A stretch of 63,993 nucleotides of DNA, filler included, from Catajapyx aquilonaris (Eukaryota), in the NCBI GenBank assembly GCA_000934665.2. It is 3 parts of 3 records of this genome, joined end to end, with 100 filler letters (N's around TTAATTAATTAA, not from the genome) between each part and the next. Parts side by side here need not be neighbours in the genome. Positions count along the whole stretch, not along the records: positions 21,392 to 42,682 come from JYFJ02006098.1; positions 42,783 to 63,993 come from KZ539479.1; 1 more part is not named here. One strand, written 5' to 3'. Below, one piece after another: positions 35,486 through 49,022 of this stretch (position 1 is its first letter; each line of letters starts with the position of its first letter). The position numbers and the translations under genes are program-made. A model generated the notes under the pieces. That model was not told where the DNA came from. It was given only the letters and a program-made list of their open reading frames with translations, and did not search any database.

Positions 35486-38107
35486 TCAGTATGGTGTCTC
35501 TTGATTAACGGCGACCGCTTGTGCTGAACTGTTAAGTGGCATAACGGGGCATTAGAAGAGTATCGATACTAATAATAATAGATCAAGGGGTAAATCACTT
35601 GGGAGTTGAGCGTACAACGGACTTGTCGAACATATCGGCTTATATCTTACAACAGACTTGACGAGTGATTAACCCTTTGTAATGGATTTGTGCAACCACA
35701 TACAGAGTGGCCATAGCGTCTGGAACCAATGGCAGTATTGTTTTCTGATTACAGGTATGGCAATGACAAATGATGACCCAGTTTGAGGGCGAGAGAGATA
35801 TGCTTTCGGTAACGCTTTCTTTTCTCACCGCAAGGCGAATTGAGTTACTGTCTTCTTCAATCTGACGGCAGAATAGTAGACATCCGGAGAGGTCAATAGG
35901 CCATAGCTGGATAATTGAGCTCGACGGGTGTTGATTATTTAACTCGGCTGCCACTTCCGAGTGAATCCATCCCTCTTGTCCACAAAGAATAATTAACACC
36001 ACTCTGTTATCTTTTGTCAGTGCCATAGCAGACCTGTAATCAGTTAACAATACTGCCATTGGTTCCAGACTTTATGGGCACCCTGTACTTTTGTAACCAC
36101 CAGAAGTACCGTATTTGACAACATATTTTCTCCAAAGATGGGTCAAAAAATCGCGCTGCATCTTGTATGCGAAAATACGCTAAAAGCTGAATATGATCTG
36201 CTGAAATGAGGGTGTGCCTTATATGCCGTCAAATACAGTAACTATTCAAATGCGCTTGAAATGAGCAATTTTTAGTAAGCCAAACATTGCTAAAAGTGTC
36301 ATTTCCCTGTGCTTTACATAGGAATGAATCAGCAATGAAACGGCTTTACTACACTATTGGACGGTACCGGTCATATCTGAACAATGGTAAAGAGCATTTC
36401 ACAAATCATGTGAATTATTTGAGTACAATGCATTATTTGCATTTCCCAGATCAGTATTAATGTCTGGAAGTTTTTATGTAACTTCTTAAATGCGTTGAAA
36501 AGGATTGCGACACGACTAGGTGATTTGCATGATGTGCCAATGAATTTGCAAATTGCAATCGTAGTCACAAAGCATTTCCTTGTATCGCCTTTCATGATTA
36601 GATAATGAATTGTTATTTTCTAGAACCACATGTAAACTCATAACAATCAAGTTTGCACAACAGCTCATGCCGATAAAAATTACAGTGAAACCTGCCTATA
36701 GCGGACACTGGATATAAAACAGTCTGCTGCGCAACACTCAGCTCACCTTCTTCCGTACTTGAGATGAACAACGAGAAACATGATCCCAAGCACGAGGCAG
36801 ATGCTCCCAACAACAATGTAGGCTATTCCTAAAAACGGATTCTTCCCACCCAGCAGCGAGGTGGTGGCGATGATGAAGAGCTTCCTGCCGTGAAACTCAG
36901 TTACTGGGTAGTTATACTGCACGTTTAGGATGTACTTTCCCTGCGGAAGGCCTGCCTCGTATTGCCCAGTGTGGTTGAGTCGACGGTGGAGCTTGCGGAA
37001 AGTAGGGAGTGCTGCGGTTCGCATCCAGACGATGAAGTCTTCATTCTCAAACCCATTGTTGGAGGGATCGTCTGGGTCCATCTTGGTCAGGTCGTGGCAC
37101 CAGTTAATCGGTTTCGCATAACCCTTCAGAGCCTCTTGCAGGCTCCCCTTGGGGTTGCGGAATTTATTTCTCTTATCAGATGGCCAGGCAATTCCTGTCC
37201 GCAGCAGTGGGACAGGGTTGGCGTCTCCTTCCGCATACAGGATGAACGAGTCTGAGGACATACGTCGGTCTCAAAAAGCTACACAGCAGAGGTAGGAATT
37301 AATTGACCAATTACCATTAAAAAAACTGTTGGCTATTGCTCCACAGGGTGCGATAGGTACGTTTCCGTCGTAACTGAAGTTTTTGCCGCAATCTGAGGAA
37401 GGCTTGTGGCTAGCAAGGTTTCCCAGAAGCTGGTTGTCATCTCGGGACTTTACGTACCGGCGGTGATTCTGGTAGTAGTTTGTCAGGCCATAGTAAATGT
37501 ATACGTCTTGCTAATGAGGCATTGAAAAAAAGTTGTACATTGTTTTGTGAGAGACAAAAAAAAAGGTAAGAATAAAATCAAACCAACCCGCAAGGGTTTG
37601 TCAACTGTGACAGAAACATTGCAGCTGCAAGACACATCGCATCCTCCTCCTTGTATAAAACTAGCACAAGTTTTGTTCAATTCATCGTCTGTGTCGGGGA
37701 CCCTCATGCAGTCCGTATAGTCCACCATAACCTCTCTGACATCCTCAGAAAAATACAACAAACCAATCCCAACTGGTATGAAAGCAATTCCAATGACAAA
37801 GAAGGTCGGCAGCACCGTTCCTGCTGTCAAAATGGGTTGCCAGGCAGGAAGACGTTGCTGCTTAAATGCACTACCTGCAGATGCATTAATTACAGTACAT
37901 GTAAGCTACGTGCCATTGACAACTGGTACTCCCCAAAATTCTGCAACCAATTTGACAACCTTGCCTAATCCCCCACCCAACCTTGACAAGTCACATGCTC
38001 CATTAATTAACCATAAAGTGTGGACCTGAAAAGGGTCATTTTTGCAGCTGTAAAATGAGCTTACTGGAAGGCCTCTTGGTCTGGGGAGGCTGATCCGTGT
38101 TGGCCAT
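35486..38107 (-). CDS. CDC50A: CDC50/TMEM30 family P4-ATPase flippase beta-subunit, downstream paralogue B, 357 aa, complete
   Basis: Exons 38107-38065, 37874-37588, 37510-37315, 37251-36747, 35528-35486 (1074 nt): [33 protein letters not shown]...[20 protein letters not shown]...[20 protein letters not shown]...[12 protein letters not shown]...[13 protein letters not shown]. Confidence 0.93.
35880..36087 (-). mobile_element. Tc1/mariner 5' remnant in the last intron of CDC50-B
   Basis: TA|CAGGGTGCCCATAAAGTC terminus followed by [34 protein letters not shown], resembling a mariner-like N-terminal HTH. Confidence 0.6.
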
Positions 38108-39479
38108 GATGGCAACAAAGAGAGCCTTATTTCCACACTGCAATTTATCTTTCCTTATCAGAGCTCAGGATATACGCTGTTGACGTAGCAGCATAAACAT
38201 GGCGGAAACTATAGCCGGCTGGTGAGTCACACTTGCTCTATCCTGATAGGATGAGATACAGAGCTGACAGGTGTGAATAAGCACCAAATGAACGTTCAAA
38301 CTCCCGCCGGAATCAGCCCACAAATTAATTGCAAAAACAAGGACAGGTTTGCAATTAAAATGATTCCATGTTTAGCTGACACTTTATTGTACACATTCTT
38401 CCGCTGCCAGTTCAATATATAGCCCATTTTAACTTGGGCAAAAACAAAACCCAAATAAATAACATTGCCTAAATAAACTTGACCGAGAGATACTTTTTTT
38501 TTGCGAGATTTGAACACCCCCCCCACAATGTGCATATGAACTCAGCACCCATAGTATACGACTAGCATCACAACAGCATTTAAATCCTTATTGCACAACT
38601 GTGTTGGTAATGAGAGAGAAAAATATATGGAATGAGATGAGTGTGACCCTCCAACAAATACTGTATCATACACATTGCTCTAAGCGTGTGCGTCAGACCC
38701 TTCTCTTCATCCGCACCTTCTTCTTTTCTCAACTACACTTCTTTAGTAAGGCGTGCGGGGTGACACATCAACTGTCTCGGATGAACTGCAATGAGACAAT
38801 AAAACTTGAGATTAGAACACAGTTCATGTCAAATTGCGTTTAAAAAAATTATGCCCTCCCAAGTGTTTGAGTTCCCACCTGTTTATGATCGCTGCTGTGG
38901 TATTTGCGGCGAGGATCCAGGATGGAAGGTCACGGAAGGAGTGGAAGAGAGTCGGCGACGTTGGGTTGGGGCAGGGGTTCTCGGGGAATGGTAATACCAG
39001 ACGAGGAAGTTGTACACCGGCTCTGGGGCATATCCTTGAGGGCCGTTTGGGATGCGGAACAGGTACAGAGGACTGGACAACGTAAGGTAACAGTGTGACA
39101 CACACCACATCAACAACACCTAGTCGATCTACACATCTTCATGAATGTACGGTTATGTGGCTCAAAAATGTAACTGCTAGACCGTACATTCACAAAGATA
39201 ATTTCTGTGCAAGCAGCTAAAACACAGTGCATCACTGCTTCGGAGACATTCGGACAGTCTTATAAATACCAGATCATAGCGGCAACTCAGAAACATGACA
39301 TTAGACAAGGAATACACCACCAGAAAATAACATCACAATAATCTACTGGGCATAAAATATGCCAGTGCAACAATGCTATGTCAACATAGCAAGTAAATCT
39401 TGCAACAAATATATGTGGTTGTAATTTTTCAATACCTTTTTACACATATCCTTTGTTTTGAACTTTACTAAGAAAAGTA

Positions 39480-42400
39480 TTACACAGCCAGGAAGTTGTA
39501 ACACATTTCAATACTGAAAATGGAAGAAAATACTAAGCACTTAAATTTACGGCCAAGAAAAGCATGAAACGTAACTCTTTCTTCTGAGGATGTAATTATT
39601 AGAGGAAGTAATTAAAAATGGCTTCTACACAAAATGAATCGCAAAGTGCCTACAAAGCAACAAATATGTTGACACTTGCATATGATAAAGCAAATTAAAT
39701 CATCAGCCAGGGAAGGTCTCCACAGTTGGTCTTAAAGAACTTTCCACCAATGAGGGGCATAAATTATTTTTGTGTAAAACTGGGAATATTCGCGATTGCA
39801 TTAAAACCATCCCAGGGACACGAGTGAAAGGAGAAGGAAACGTACCTCTTGCCCCACTTGATGTGAACAATGAGGAAGATGATCCCAAGCACGAGGCAGA
39901 TGCACCCGACGACAATGTATGCGACTCCCAAAAACGGGTTCTTCCCCCCAAGCAACGAAGTGGTTGATATGATGAACAGCTTCGTCCCGTCAAACTCTGT
40001 CACTGGGTAGTTGTAGTTGATGGTGAGGTAGTACTCTCCCGCAGGCAACCCTGACCTGAACCCCTCCCTGGTGTGGTTCACCCGGCGGTGGAGCTTGCGG
40101 AAAGTAGGGAGAGCAGCAGTTCGCATCCAGACAATCAGGTCCTCGTTCTCAAATCCATTGTTGCTGGGATTTTCTGTGTCGAGATCGGACAGGTTCTTGC
40201 ACCAGTTCTTAGGTCGCTCATAACCTTCCAATGACTTGTTCAGGTCTGAAGGGTTGCGAAACTTGGTCGACTTGTCTGATGGCCAAGCAATGCCTGTTTT
40301 CAACAGCGGGACATCGGTGTAGGTGCCAGGCTTACCAGGATCTTCCATTTCTAGCAAAAATGTGTCTGCAATGTAAACACACATATAAGCATGATGTTCA
40401 GTTGCAAAATTAGGAATTACATTGACGTATAAAATATTATTCCATGTTTGCGAATAAGTAATCTCCTTCACAGAATCAAGACGTGCATGTTCAGTTGGTG
40501 TCTGATTATATTTCCCCCTTGAAGGAGTACGTCCAATGTCTCATGCACGAGGACAAACTGACCAACCACAATGCACTATGAATGATTGATGCACTTAGGG
40601 TTAGAGTGTACTTATCGCGAAGGACAGGTCTCAACCAATAAAAGTTTAGGACATTTGCCAAGTTGCACATTCCCTAATGCTGCACTGAGCATTAGCTTCA
40701 ACATTACCGGCAGCAGGTCTCGCTTTGTGAGAAGCAATAGGAACAAATGCAAAATAAACAAGTAAACTGAAGTCTGATTTTGATTCTCATAGTTTCGTTA
40801 AGCTGACTAATTCCTTCCAGGGTCAATTACATATTCTGTAACGGCTTTAGTGTTACACCCCATACAAACCCACCATTGAAGAGGCTGTTGGCAATGGCCC
40901 CACAAGGGGCAATTGGGATCTTCTTTCCTGAGTCGGAATCTATGAAGTCGTAATGGTCGCAGTCTGTTGAGGGCTCATGGCTTGACAGCTCCCCCAGAAG
41001 TTGGTTGTCATCCCGAGATTTCACATACCGACGATGGTTTTGGTAGAAGTTGGTCAGGCCATAGTAGATGTACACATCACCCTGTGTGAATGAAAAAAAT
41101 ATATTTCATTTTAAAACGCCTTAATGTTCGACACTGCCCAATTTGTGCGTATCATTAAAATAAAGTTACTTAAACATAGCTGTCAAGACCAAAGCAGTTT
41201 GGTGGAGTGGATAAGGTGTTCAACTGCTAATCGGGGAGGTCCTGGGTTCAAGTCCCAGGGCCGGCAATCCTAACTGTGGTTTTCTGTGGTTTCCCACGGT
41301 CCCCCCAGGAGAATTCCAGGATTGCTTCTTAAATAATAGGCCACAGCCGCTTCCTTCCTTTCCTATCCTACCCCAAAAAGCAAAAGTAAAAAAATGAAAG
41401 CAAAGAGTTCCAGTCAAAACAAAATTGGGATTAACTCCCCCACTGAAGAGCTGCCAGCTGATAACGGGGTATGAATTATTAATTATTATTACATAGCTGT
41501 CAAGAACATGCATCGCTACCGTGATTTCTCACCTTGTACGTGGTGTTGAGAGAAATCTTAATCTTGCATTGGCAGTTAATGTCACACCGGCCCCTCTGTT
41601 CTTTGATGACGTCTGCACAGGTGGTATCGTTTGCACCCCCAACCTTCCGACAATCAGTGTAGTTGAGTGTAAATTCCTTGACATCTTGTGAGAAGTAGAG
41701 AAGGCCAATGCCCACCGGGATGAAGGCAATTCCAATCACGAAGAATGTCGGCAGCACAGTTCCTGCCGTCAAAATTGGCTGCCAGGCAGGGAGACGCTGC
41801 TGCTTGAATGCACTGTCTGCAGGATAATAAAGTGCAGTGAGAGTAAAAAATACGGCTGTGGGAAATGCCACGTCGACACAATCTGGCCTTTTTTTTTTTT
41901 AACTTGGTGGCCAAGTTATTTTCCTTTTGTGAAATAATTTACGTTGACACTCATAAATGCTAATGCAAATGGCAGTGTGAAATTAACTCTTTCACCTACA
42001 GCCCAGTTTAACTGACAATGTTAGTAACTTGAAATACTCAATTTTAAACCCCAGGGGGTAGTCACTCCTCAAAAAAGTGTACACCGGCTCTCGAGTTGCG
42101 GCTCTCCGCGGCTCTCCTCGGCTCTCCTCAGCTCTCTTGCGGCTCTCCTCGGCTCACCAGTGAGGGTGTACACCGGCTCTCCGAAGTGACTACCCCCTTG
42201 TTTAAACCACTATATGCATCTTTCCTCCTTTTAAAACCTTGGTCGCCCTGAGTACAAACTGATGAAAATTGACGCACGTGTTATGCACCAGATAAATGGA
42301 AACAAGGACAGATCTATTTACAGATCGAAGTGGCCATCCGGCATGGAATTCTCCGTCAACCTCTCTGCAGCCTCGAGATGCGGAAACCTGACTGAATCTA

Positions 42401-42682
42401 ACTGCGGAAGTTCCCCTCCTTTTGTGTGTGTGTGTGTGTTTCTTTTTCTTAAAATACTTGGATTGCATAACGCGTTAATTACTGAGCAATTTCCCCTTCC
42501 TTTTTTTCCCCCTGTCCTTGTTTACTACACGTCTCACGCACACAAGTAATTACCTTTTGCAGTAGAAGTGTTCAACCCAGATTTGGCACGGTTACATTAC
42601 AGTGCATTGTTCATACTAATAAATTGCAATTATTTGTTCAAGGTTGAATTTTGGGGTGGGTCACTCACTTGATGGTTTCTTC
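39480..42682 (-). CDS. CDC50A: CDC50/TMEM30 family flippase beta-subunit, upstream paralogue A; 5' end cut by the assembly spacer, last exon uncertain
   Basis: Exons 42682-42669 (partial, KKPS), 41816-41533 ([19 protein letters not shown]), 41081-40874 ([25 protein letters not shown]...[11 protein letters not shown]), 40365-39846 (GIAWPSDK...[13 protein letters not shown]...[12 protein letters not shown]), then a phase-2 last exon 39513-39480 (or 39072-38883). Confidence 0.9.
41189..41490 (+). mobile_element. tRNA-derived SINE family A, copy 2
   Basis: Homologous to 7216-7520; 15-bp TSD ACATAGCTGTCAAGA (41174-41188, 41491-41505); (ATT)n tail. Confidence 0.9.
42051..42200. mobile_element. hAT-type MITE with internal 10-bp tandem repeat
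   Basis: TIR CCAGGGGGTAGTCACT / AGTGACTACCCCCTTG; 8-bp TSD TTTAAACC; internal (GGCTCTCCTC)n. Confidence 0.85.
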
Positions 42683-42782
42683 NNNNNNNNNNNNNNNNNN
42701 NNNNNNNNNNNNNNNNNNNNNNNNNNTTAATTAATTAANNNNNNNNNNNNNNNNNNNNNNNNNNNNNNNNNNNNNNNNNNNN
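42683..42782. other. Artificial assembly spacer (44N + TTAATTAATTAA + 44N)
   Basis: Identical to 21292-21391; cuts CDC50-A mid-exon. Confidence 0.95.
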
Positions 42783-45465
42783 GATGCAACAGAGTGATGG
42801 AATGTATGTTTACGGGCATGGGCTAGCTAGTTATGAACAAAAATCCCAAATCCCAGACCAAGGCTAGTTCCCCATTGAACTCACCCATATATACCATACC
42901 TGAAAATGTTGAATGTGGCCAGATGACCTGTTGGCTTCCTTCTAGGCATCTAGATAGGGGAAGACATTTAGAGAGAAAAGAGGAGTTGCTCTGGGGGATG
43001 TGCCACCAGTTAGTTCTTCTCACCTTGCATTTTTCAAGTCCACTTGAACCCAGGAATACTAACTTGACACAGGAATTTCTGCACCATTTCAACCAATGAT
43101 GAGGGTCCAAGCTAAATATTATGAAAGCTTCAGGGTTATAAGACAATGTGGTGTGAGTTCTGCCAATTTCTTTGTTGTCCAGAATTTTTCTCCAACTTTC
43201 CAACAAAGTAAAAGACTGAAACTTGGTATACTCTAGTGTTCTCTAATAGTGACACCTGCAATTTCAATGAAACAAACCTTTTCATTAAATTTCATTTTGT
43301 AGTGTTGAATATATGCCTTGTTGGAGACACGCTATAGTGGCAAATGTATGGCGCTATACTTCATAAGATGCCATCCCATTCTTGATCCCATTAGGTCATT
43401 TCACATTACATATTGAAAATGCTCATTGCAATTTCTCGGGTAGATTTAGTATCTGATGCTATTTACATGGTGAAAAGTTCTATAAAGCACACGAGTGGAA
43501 ATTATGTACCGCATTTGCACTTTTATGATTTCTTACCTGATCAGTACCTGCTGATACCGGTATCTAGCAAGTTAGTGAATCAGTTGGGTGACTAGTAACG
43601 ACACCTGACTATACTGTCATGCTGGATAAGGACAGAAAGCTGGATAATTTTGAATGGATTTTCAGATTGCCATATCTGACTCCTCCAGATTATACCTGGG
43701 GGGTCACAAGAAAAGAAAGAGCATAAACCTGACAAAGTGATAGCAATTGAAGAACTAAATGAGATCATAAAATGTGAAATTGCTGTAAAATCTTGTCATG
43801 TGGGTCATAATACAAGTCACTTTTGCAAAACATATCTTGGAGTCTGCAAGTCACCATCATATCTAATGAGGAAGGCATACATTCAGGATCCACTATACAC
43901 ATATACAATATTTGCTATTATAGTACGAAGAATGTCTCCAACAGGATGATAGCTGCCAGTTTTCGTTGAAGCATTGTACCATACACTATAGAGAACGTCC
44001 TATAGAGATAATGGCTACTTGGACGCTTTCATAATCATGATTGGGGTTGGTTTAAATATTTTTTTTACGGAGACTCGCGCATACCCATGGCGGATTTGAC
44101 ATGATGCAGATTTGTGAGAAGGAAGCGAGAAACGAGGACGTTAAGATGGGTCGAGCGTGGTGTATAAGGGAAGAGGGAGAGGGTGGGGGGGAATGAAGGG
44201 GTGGGGGGGGGGGGTACTAATTCGGAGCTCATCTGTGCCGATTAAAAGAATATTTAATCGCGGGGAGCCTGCCCAGCAGCAGCCGCCTGACTAAGATGAT
44301 GTATACGCCCAGGATGGATTCATAATTCAAGGATGGGAAGACGCTTGGTATGGTGGAGGGTGGGGCCCAAATTAATGAAGAAGGCTTCCTTGGGCTTCCT
44401 TCCTTTCCTCCATTGGGCTAATTAATAAATAAAAGTGGCGGGCTAGACAGAGAGTGGATTTGTAATTTCCCTACTGCGGCCCGCTCTAATTAAGCCGATT
44501 GCTCTCCCGAGAGATACCCGGGTATGCCTGGCGTATATAGGTGTGTGTGTGCAGATTCCGGGGGAGAAGTCGTATGTCATCCTTCAGGCCCCCGACTGCA
44601 ATTACGTGATGGGATATATCTCGCTTGATTGCCTCCCACTTACACCCCATCCTCCTCTCCAGCCACCCGACCCGTTATGTCTTGAGAGTATGCGTCTTGC
44701 AAGGATGTGCGCAAAATTATCTGCCGCATTCGGGATTCGCGCTAACGTGATACTATGCGCCTATAATTAGCGATAATAGTGGGCCATGGCGTGGAATAAG
44801 TAAGCATGCGGGTGTCAGTCTCATAACGGGTGGCGCCACTAATAGATTGACATATTTATGGATAAGTTATATTACATGGGGGTAAGCTAATTTTGGTGGG
44901 CTGTAAGTGAAGGCGGCTACTATATACGGCTAGTTAATCAGCTGAATATTATTGCGTGGGCTCGCGGTTCATAGGACTAGTAGCGTTGCAGTTTTTATGC
45001 GGGTGTCCACTCCATCTCTCTTACGAGTTAGTCAAAGACGAAATGAGTGGATTGTAATGAGCCACCTGGTATACTGTATAGGCAGATTCACATGTGCTGC
45101 AATGAAATAGGGAATGAGGCCAATACGTTTTCATGGATGAGACGACATTTTATGTGCATCATCAAGAACAATGTGCATGGCTTAACTTAACACTGTTTTG
45201 GAAGTGGAATCTTCACTTGTCGCTTGCTCAGATTTTGTATCGTGTTACCCAATTAGCGTGCAGTTTAGTTGGTGTGAGAAATTGTCCCTAATACGATAAA
45301 CTTCACCGTAGCAATCTTGAATTATGACATCACTGCAGGGAGGCACATTTTAAATGGCCACAGAATATTCAGTAAAATTAATCCGCTTGTCACTAGAACA
45401 CTTCTAGCAACCAACCAACTTTCGCATCATAATTATGGCCACCTTTGAATCCGATGCACCACTTT

Positions 45466-46281
45466 CACCGGGCAACAAATTTTGACAAAAGTCAAACTTC
45501 TAAGATTAAAGTAGACATTTATTAAAGTTTTAATGTGCTGATCACGAATATGGCAACGAAAATACAAAATTGGCTACGATTCCTGAAAAATCCGCAATAG
45601 ATTCTTACAAAATGGAGTAAAACGTGCATATGGCTTGTACCAGCAATGGTCCGCTTCTACTGCCGACATTGCCGACTAAAGTAGTCATTTCTTAATGATT
45701 TGAAGGTTCCGATAATAAAATAATAATAAAATTCACCACCTTGGGTGTCTAGGTCAATGTCTAAAAACTCGTTTTACTTTCATGCACTAAGAAGATACTG
45801 TTTTTTACTCATTTTTGACGCTCCCCCCTTCCTCTTCCCTGAAAAGTGCACTTATATTTCATCATTCATAATTGCCAGCTTTACCATTGTTTTCCCCATG
45901 CAAAGAAACCTATATGCACCAAAAACATCGCCGATATCACTTATAAAATACAGCTTCCTCAGAACCTTGCATAACGGATCAATTTTTGACCTTTTGACTA
46001 CCGTAGATGAATTCTTGAGAGCCAGGGTTTTTCTGGAAAGGTGCTTTCTTCCTAGCAGATAAAGAACCAGAAAAACACATTTTGAACTTGAACTTCACAT
46101 AGAAATTCGCTATGTTCCCTTGTATGTCGTGTATACAGTTCATGGCCATATATGACCATCTCTGTATCTCCTAAACTATAGCCAATCGACAAAATTATAT
46201 TGTCATTTTTGTATTCAGCACCTCGAAATTAGTCAAAAGGTGTTATTTTCATTACAGAACAGTTTTTTGTGTTGCCCAGTG
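45466..46281. mobile_element. Non-autonomous TIR DNA transposon remnant
   Basis: CACCGGGCAACAAA / TGTGTTGCCCAGTG termini with subterminal GTGCTGATCACGAA / GTATTCAGCAC inverted motifs. Confidence 0.55.
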
Positions 46282-49022
46282 ATATTTTCATTACTCCCTC
46301 CTGCAGGTTATGCCCCACGTATGTCAGAGGTGCGGTTGTATAACAGGCCAGGATGAATAAGGTGAATTTGTTTGGTTGTATCATTTTGCACGCCATAAAA
46401 AATGAATCCCGTCTCCTAGTCGAGACAAGTTGGTCACCACCATATGTGCCAGAAAATCATCTTACCTAGATTAAGCAGTTCCAAGCTAGTTTCACCCTTA
46501 GGCTGAGAGCCTCTGATTGAGATAATTACCCAAATTCTCATGAATTAACTCCCGCAACAGAGCAAAGAAGCATATGTTCCACATGAGGCAGCCACACGAG
46601 CCAACAATTAGTTTCCTGAATAAATAGGCGAGAGGATGCGCCCCACCCCTAGTAGAGTATATACCATAACACGTGGGGACATGACAGATGCAAATCAGTT
46701 TGGGTTAAGCATCGGTTTGGATCTCATTTCGAGTGGAATGTGGCAGACTTATGCATTTCTTAACGAAGGATCATTAAGTAGGACCATTAATTAGGTTTAA
46801 GGGAATTGGGGAGGGGGCGGGGGGAGCAGGTGTGGTGTGAGGCTGATAGGAAGAGTGGGAGGGAAGGAAGGAGGGGGGACATAAATAATTCGTGGCGCCA
46901 CTCGCTTTTTGGCCCAAAAGCAAATCAGACGGAGTAAGTGGGGGGGACGAGGGGGGTGGGGGAGTTTGCCTTGGACTCTGGCTCATTAGAGGCGTAAACC
47001 CGCCGCCGCTTCCTCCGCTAATGAACCATGAATTATTCACTCTCTCCCATCCCCCCCCCTCCCTCCTATCCTCCCCGTCCCTGCTACTCTACATCTATAT
47101 ACACTAAGCTCGTCTTCTTTCCCCCCAACTCCCTTTCTCTAAAGTGTAGGGAAAAAAGTAGGTAGAAAAGTGATTAATTAGAGTCTTTTTACAAGTCGTT
47201 GAGTTATCTGTTTGTTCAAAAATTTAAACTCTCCCTAGGGAAGGTTTTTCATCTTCCTATTACGACTAAATACAAAGCGCTTTATTAGCTTTGAAAAATG
47301 GAATTGTATCCTAGTAATTTCTGAGGAATAATTCCGGAATTTTGTCAAAGAGAAGTTGGGATCCTTACTTGCTACTGTACTACTATTTTAACTTGCGCTG
47401 CTGAATTGTACATGGGCGTCATTTTTGGTTTATTGGAAATGTACGTGCTCGTTGTGATGCCATTCTTAAACTTTCAGAGAGGCAGGGGGGTGTAGTGGAT
47501 ATAGCATCATGGCCTTCCTCCTCTAAGGTGTTATGTTCGATCCTCCGGTGACACATGGATTTATTTTTCTGCATAGAGAGGATTTCGATGGGTTCTCCAC
47601 CAGTCTGGAGATTTTTGGTAATAATGATGAAATTCTGGACGTAGAATCCTTCGCGTGACAGCTCGTCAATTTCATTTGGCAGGTTTTAAAAAACAAAACA
47701 AATTATTTAGACAATATTTCATGTTCGTTGGAAGATCAAGATTATGTTTTCCTTATAAACACAAGTCACGCTTGAGAAAAAGTCTACGTCACTCTGCAGA
47801 TTTCTCTTACCGTCACTTAATAAGCGGCGGGCATCAATAATATCTGCCGATATGTTAAGATTGCAGGTCATTTAGGGGGAGGGTATTTTCATTATTCGCA
47901 CATGTTGACGACATGTGATATTATGTAAGCCAGCAGTAGGAGCCTAAGCAGAACTATGCAAATTTAAAATTTTGTATACCATATCGGAGTCGATATGATG
48001 AGGCGAGAAAACTATTTCTCTATATAATGAAAATCACCTTCCCACCTCAAGTATAGTGTTTCCTGTGGTTGTATTTTCAAGTGGATTAATCTATGTGTGA
48101 CCGTAAATTCAGGAATTTAGTTTCATTTACCAGAGAATCAATTGACAGGGTAACTTTTGGATGTCATACCGGTATTCTTGCCTTTTGAAACATGTGATTG
48201 TTCTTTGGCAATGGTAAGTTAGATGCGTTTCTTTTGTTATTCTATAAAGTGCCACATGCTAACGTCTTGGCGTATTTAATAGGGATTATTATCAGTGTGT
48301 AAATGTTCGAACACACTCGACAGAATTTGAATAATAATGAAGATATACCACTTTACTACTGAAGTACTTAAAATGGCTTATTATCCATTCAAATGACTGA
48401 TTTTATACGGGGGAATATGAACACTTGTATGTGACGTAACTTGAAGGACATGCTTGACATTGAGCCAAGCTGAAGGGCTGGGCGCGAGTTAAGAAATTGC
48501 TTTGGGCTAGGATGCTTCACTTTATAATGACCTTCCTAAGTGCGTTTCACTCTTAGTAAAACTCCTGTTATAGTAATTTCTCCACTTGTCCTAAATGGAA
48601 GGAGTGCCAAGGGCTGGAGACTCAGTTAAGGAAATATTGAATAGGAACAAGAAGGGAATGTAAAGGCATTCTGGGGAAGGAGAAGGCAAGTTGGGATGGA
48701 GATAGTGGGGGGTTAGAGAGCAGAAATTTGGACATCTGTCTAAGAAGTGAGCAAGGGAAGGAGTAAGGAGCTCATGAGAGATTAAGGTGGCAGGGAGGGA
48801 ATGCTTAATCGGAGACTAATGGCAAGAGAGTGGGGCTCGGTGCTGCAGGTCGCATGACCAATTTATGTCTCCTAGGACTTGGCTTGATTTCATATGCCAA
48901 CCCACTAAGGGGACATCTTCTACACTTCCACTTAGACCTTCATTTTTACCAGGACTAAGATTGTTGCAAGTAAGTCAGGAGGCTCGTCAGCACTAATTGA
49001 CATTACTGTTTCGCTTCCACAG

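Noticed and set aside
35486..42682. Single CDC50 gene with a mutually exclusive three-exon cassette
   Set aside because: The downstream copy has its own ATG exon (38107-38065, [14 protein letters not shown]), so two genes is the simpler model.
46307..46329. Possible CHTF18 micro-exon (YAPRMSE) after a CTCCTGCAG acceptor
   Set aside because: Too short, weak donor and no recognisable homology; cannot be supported without RNA data.
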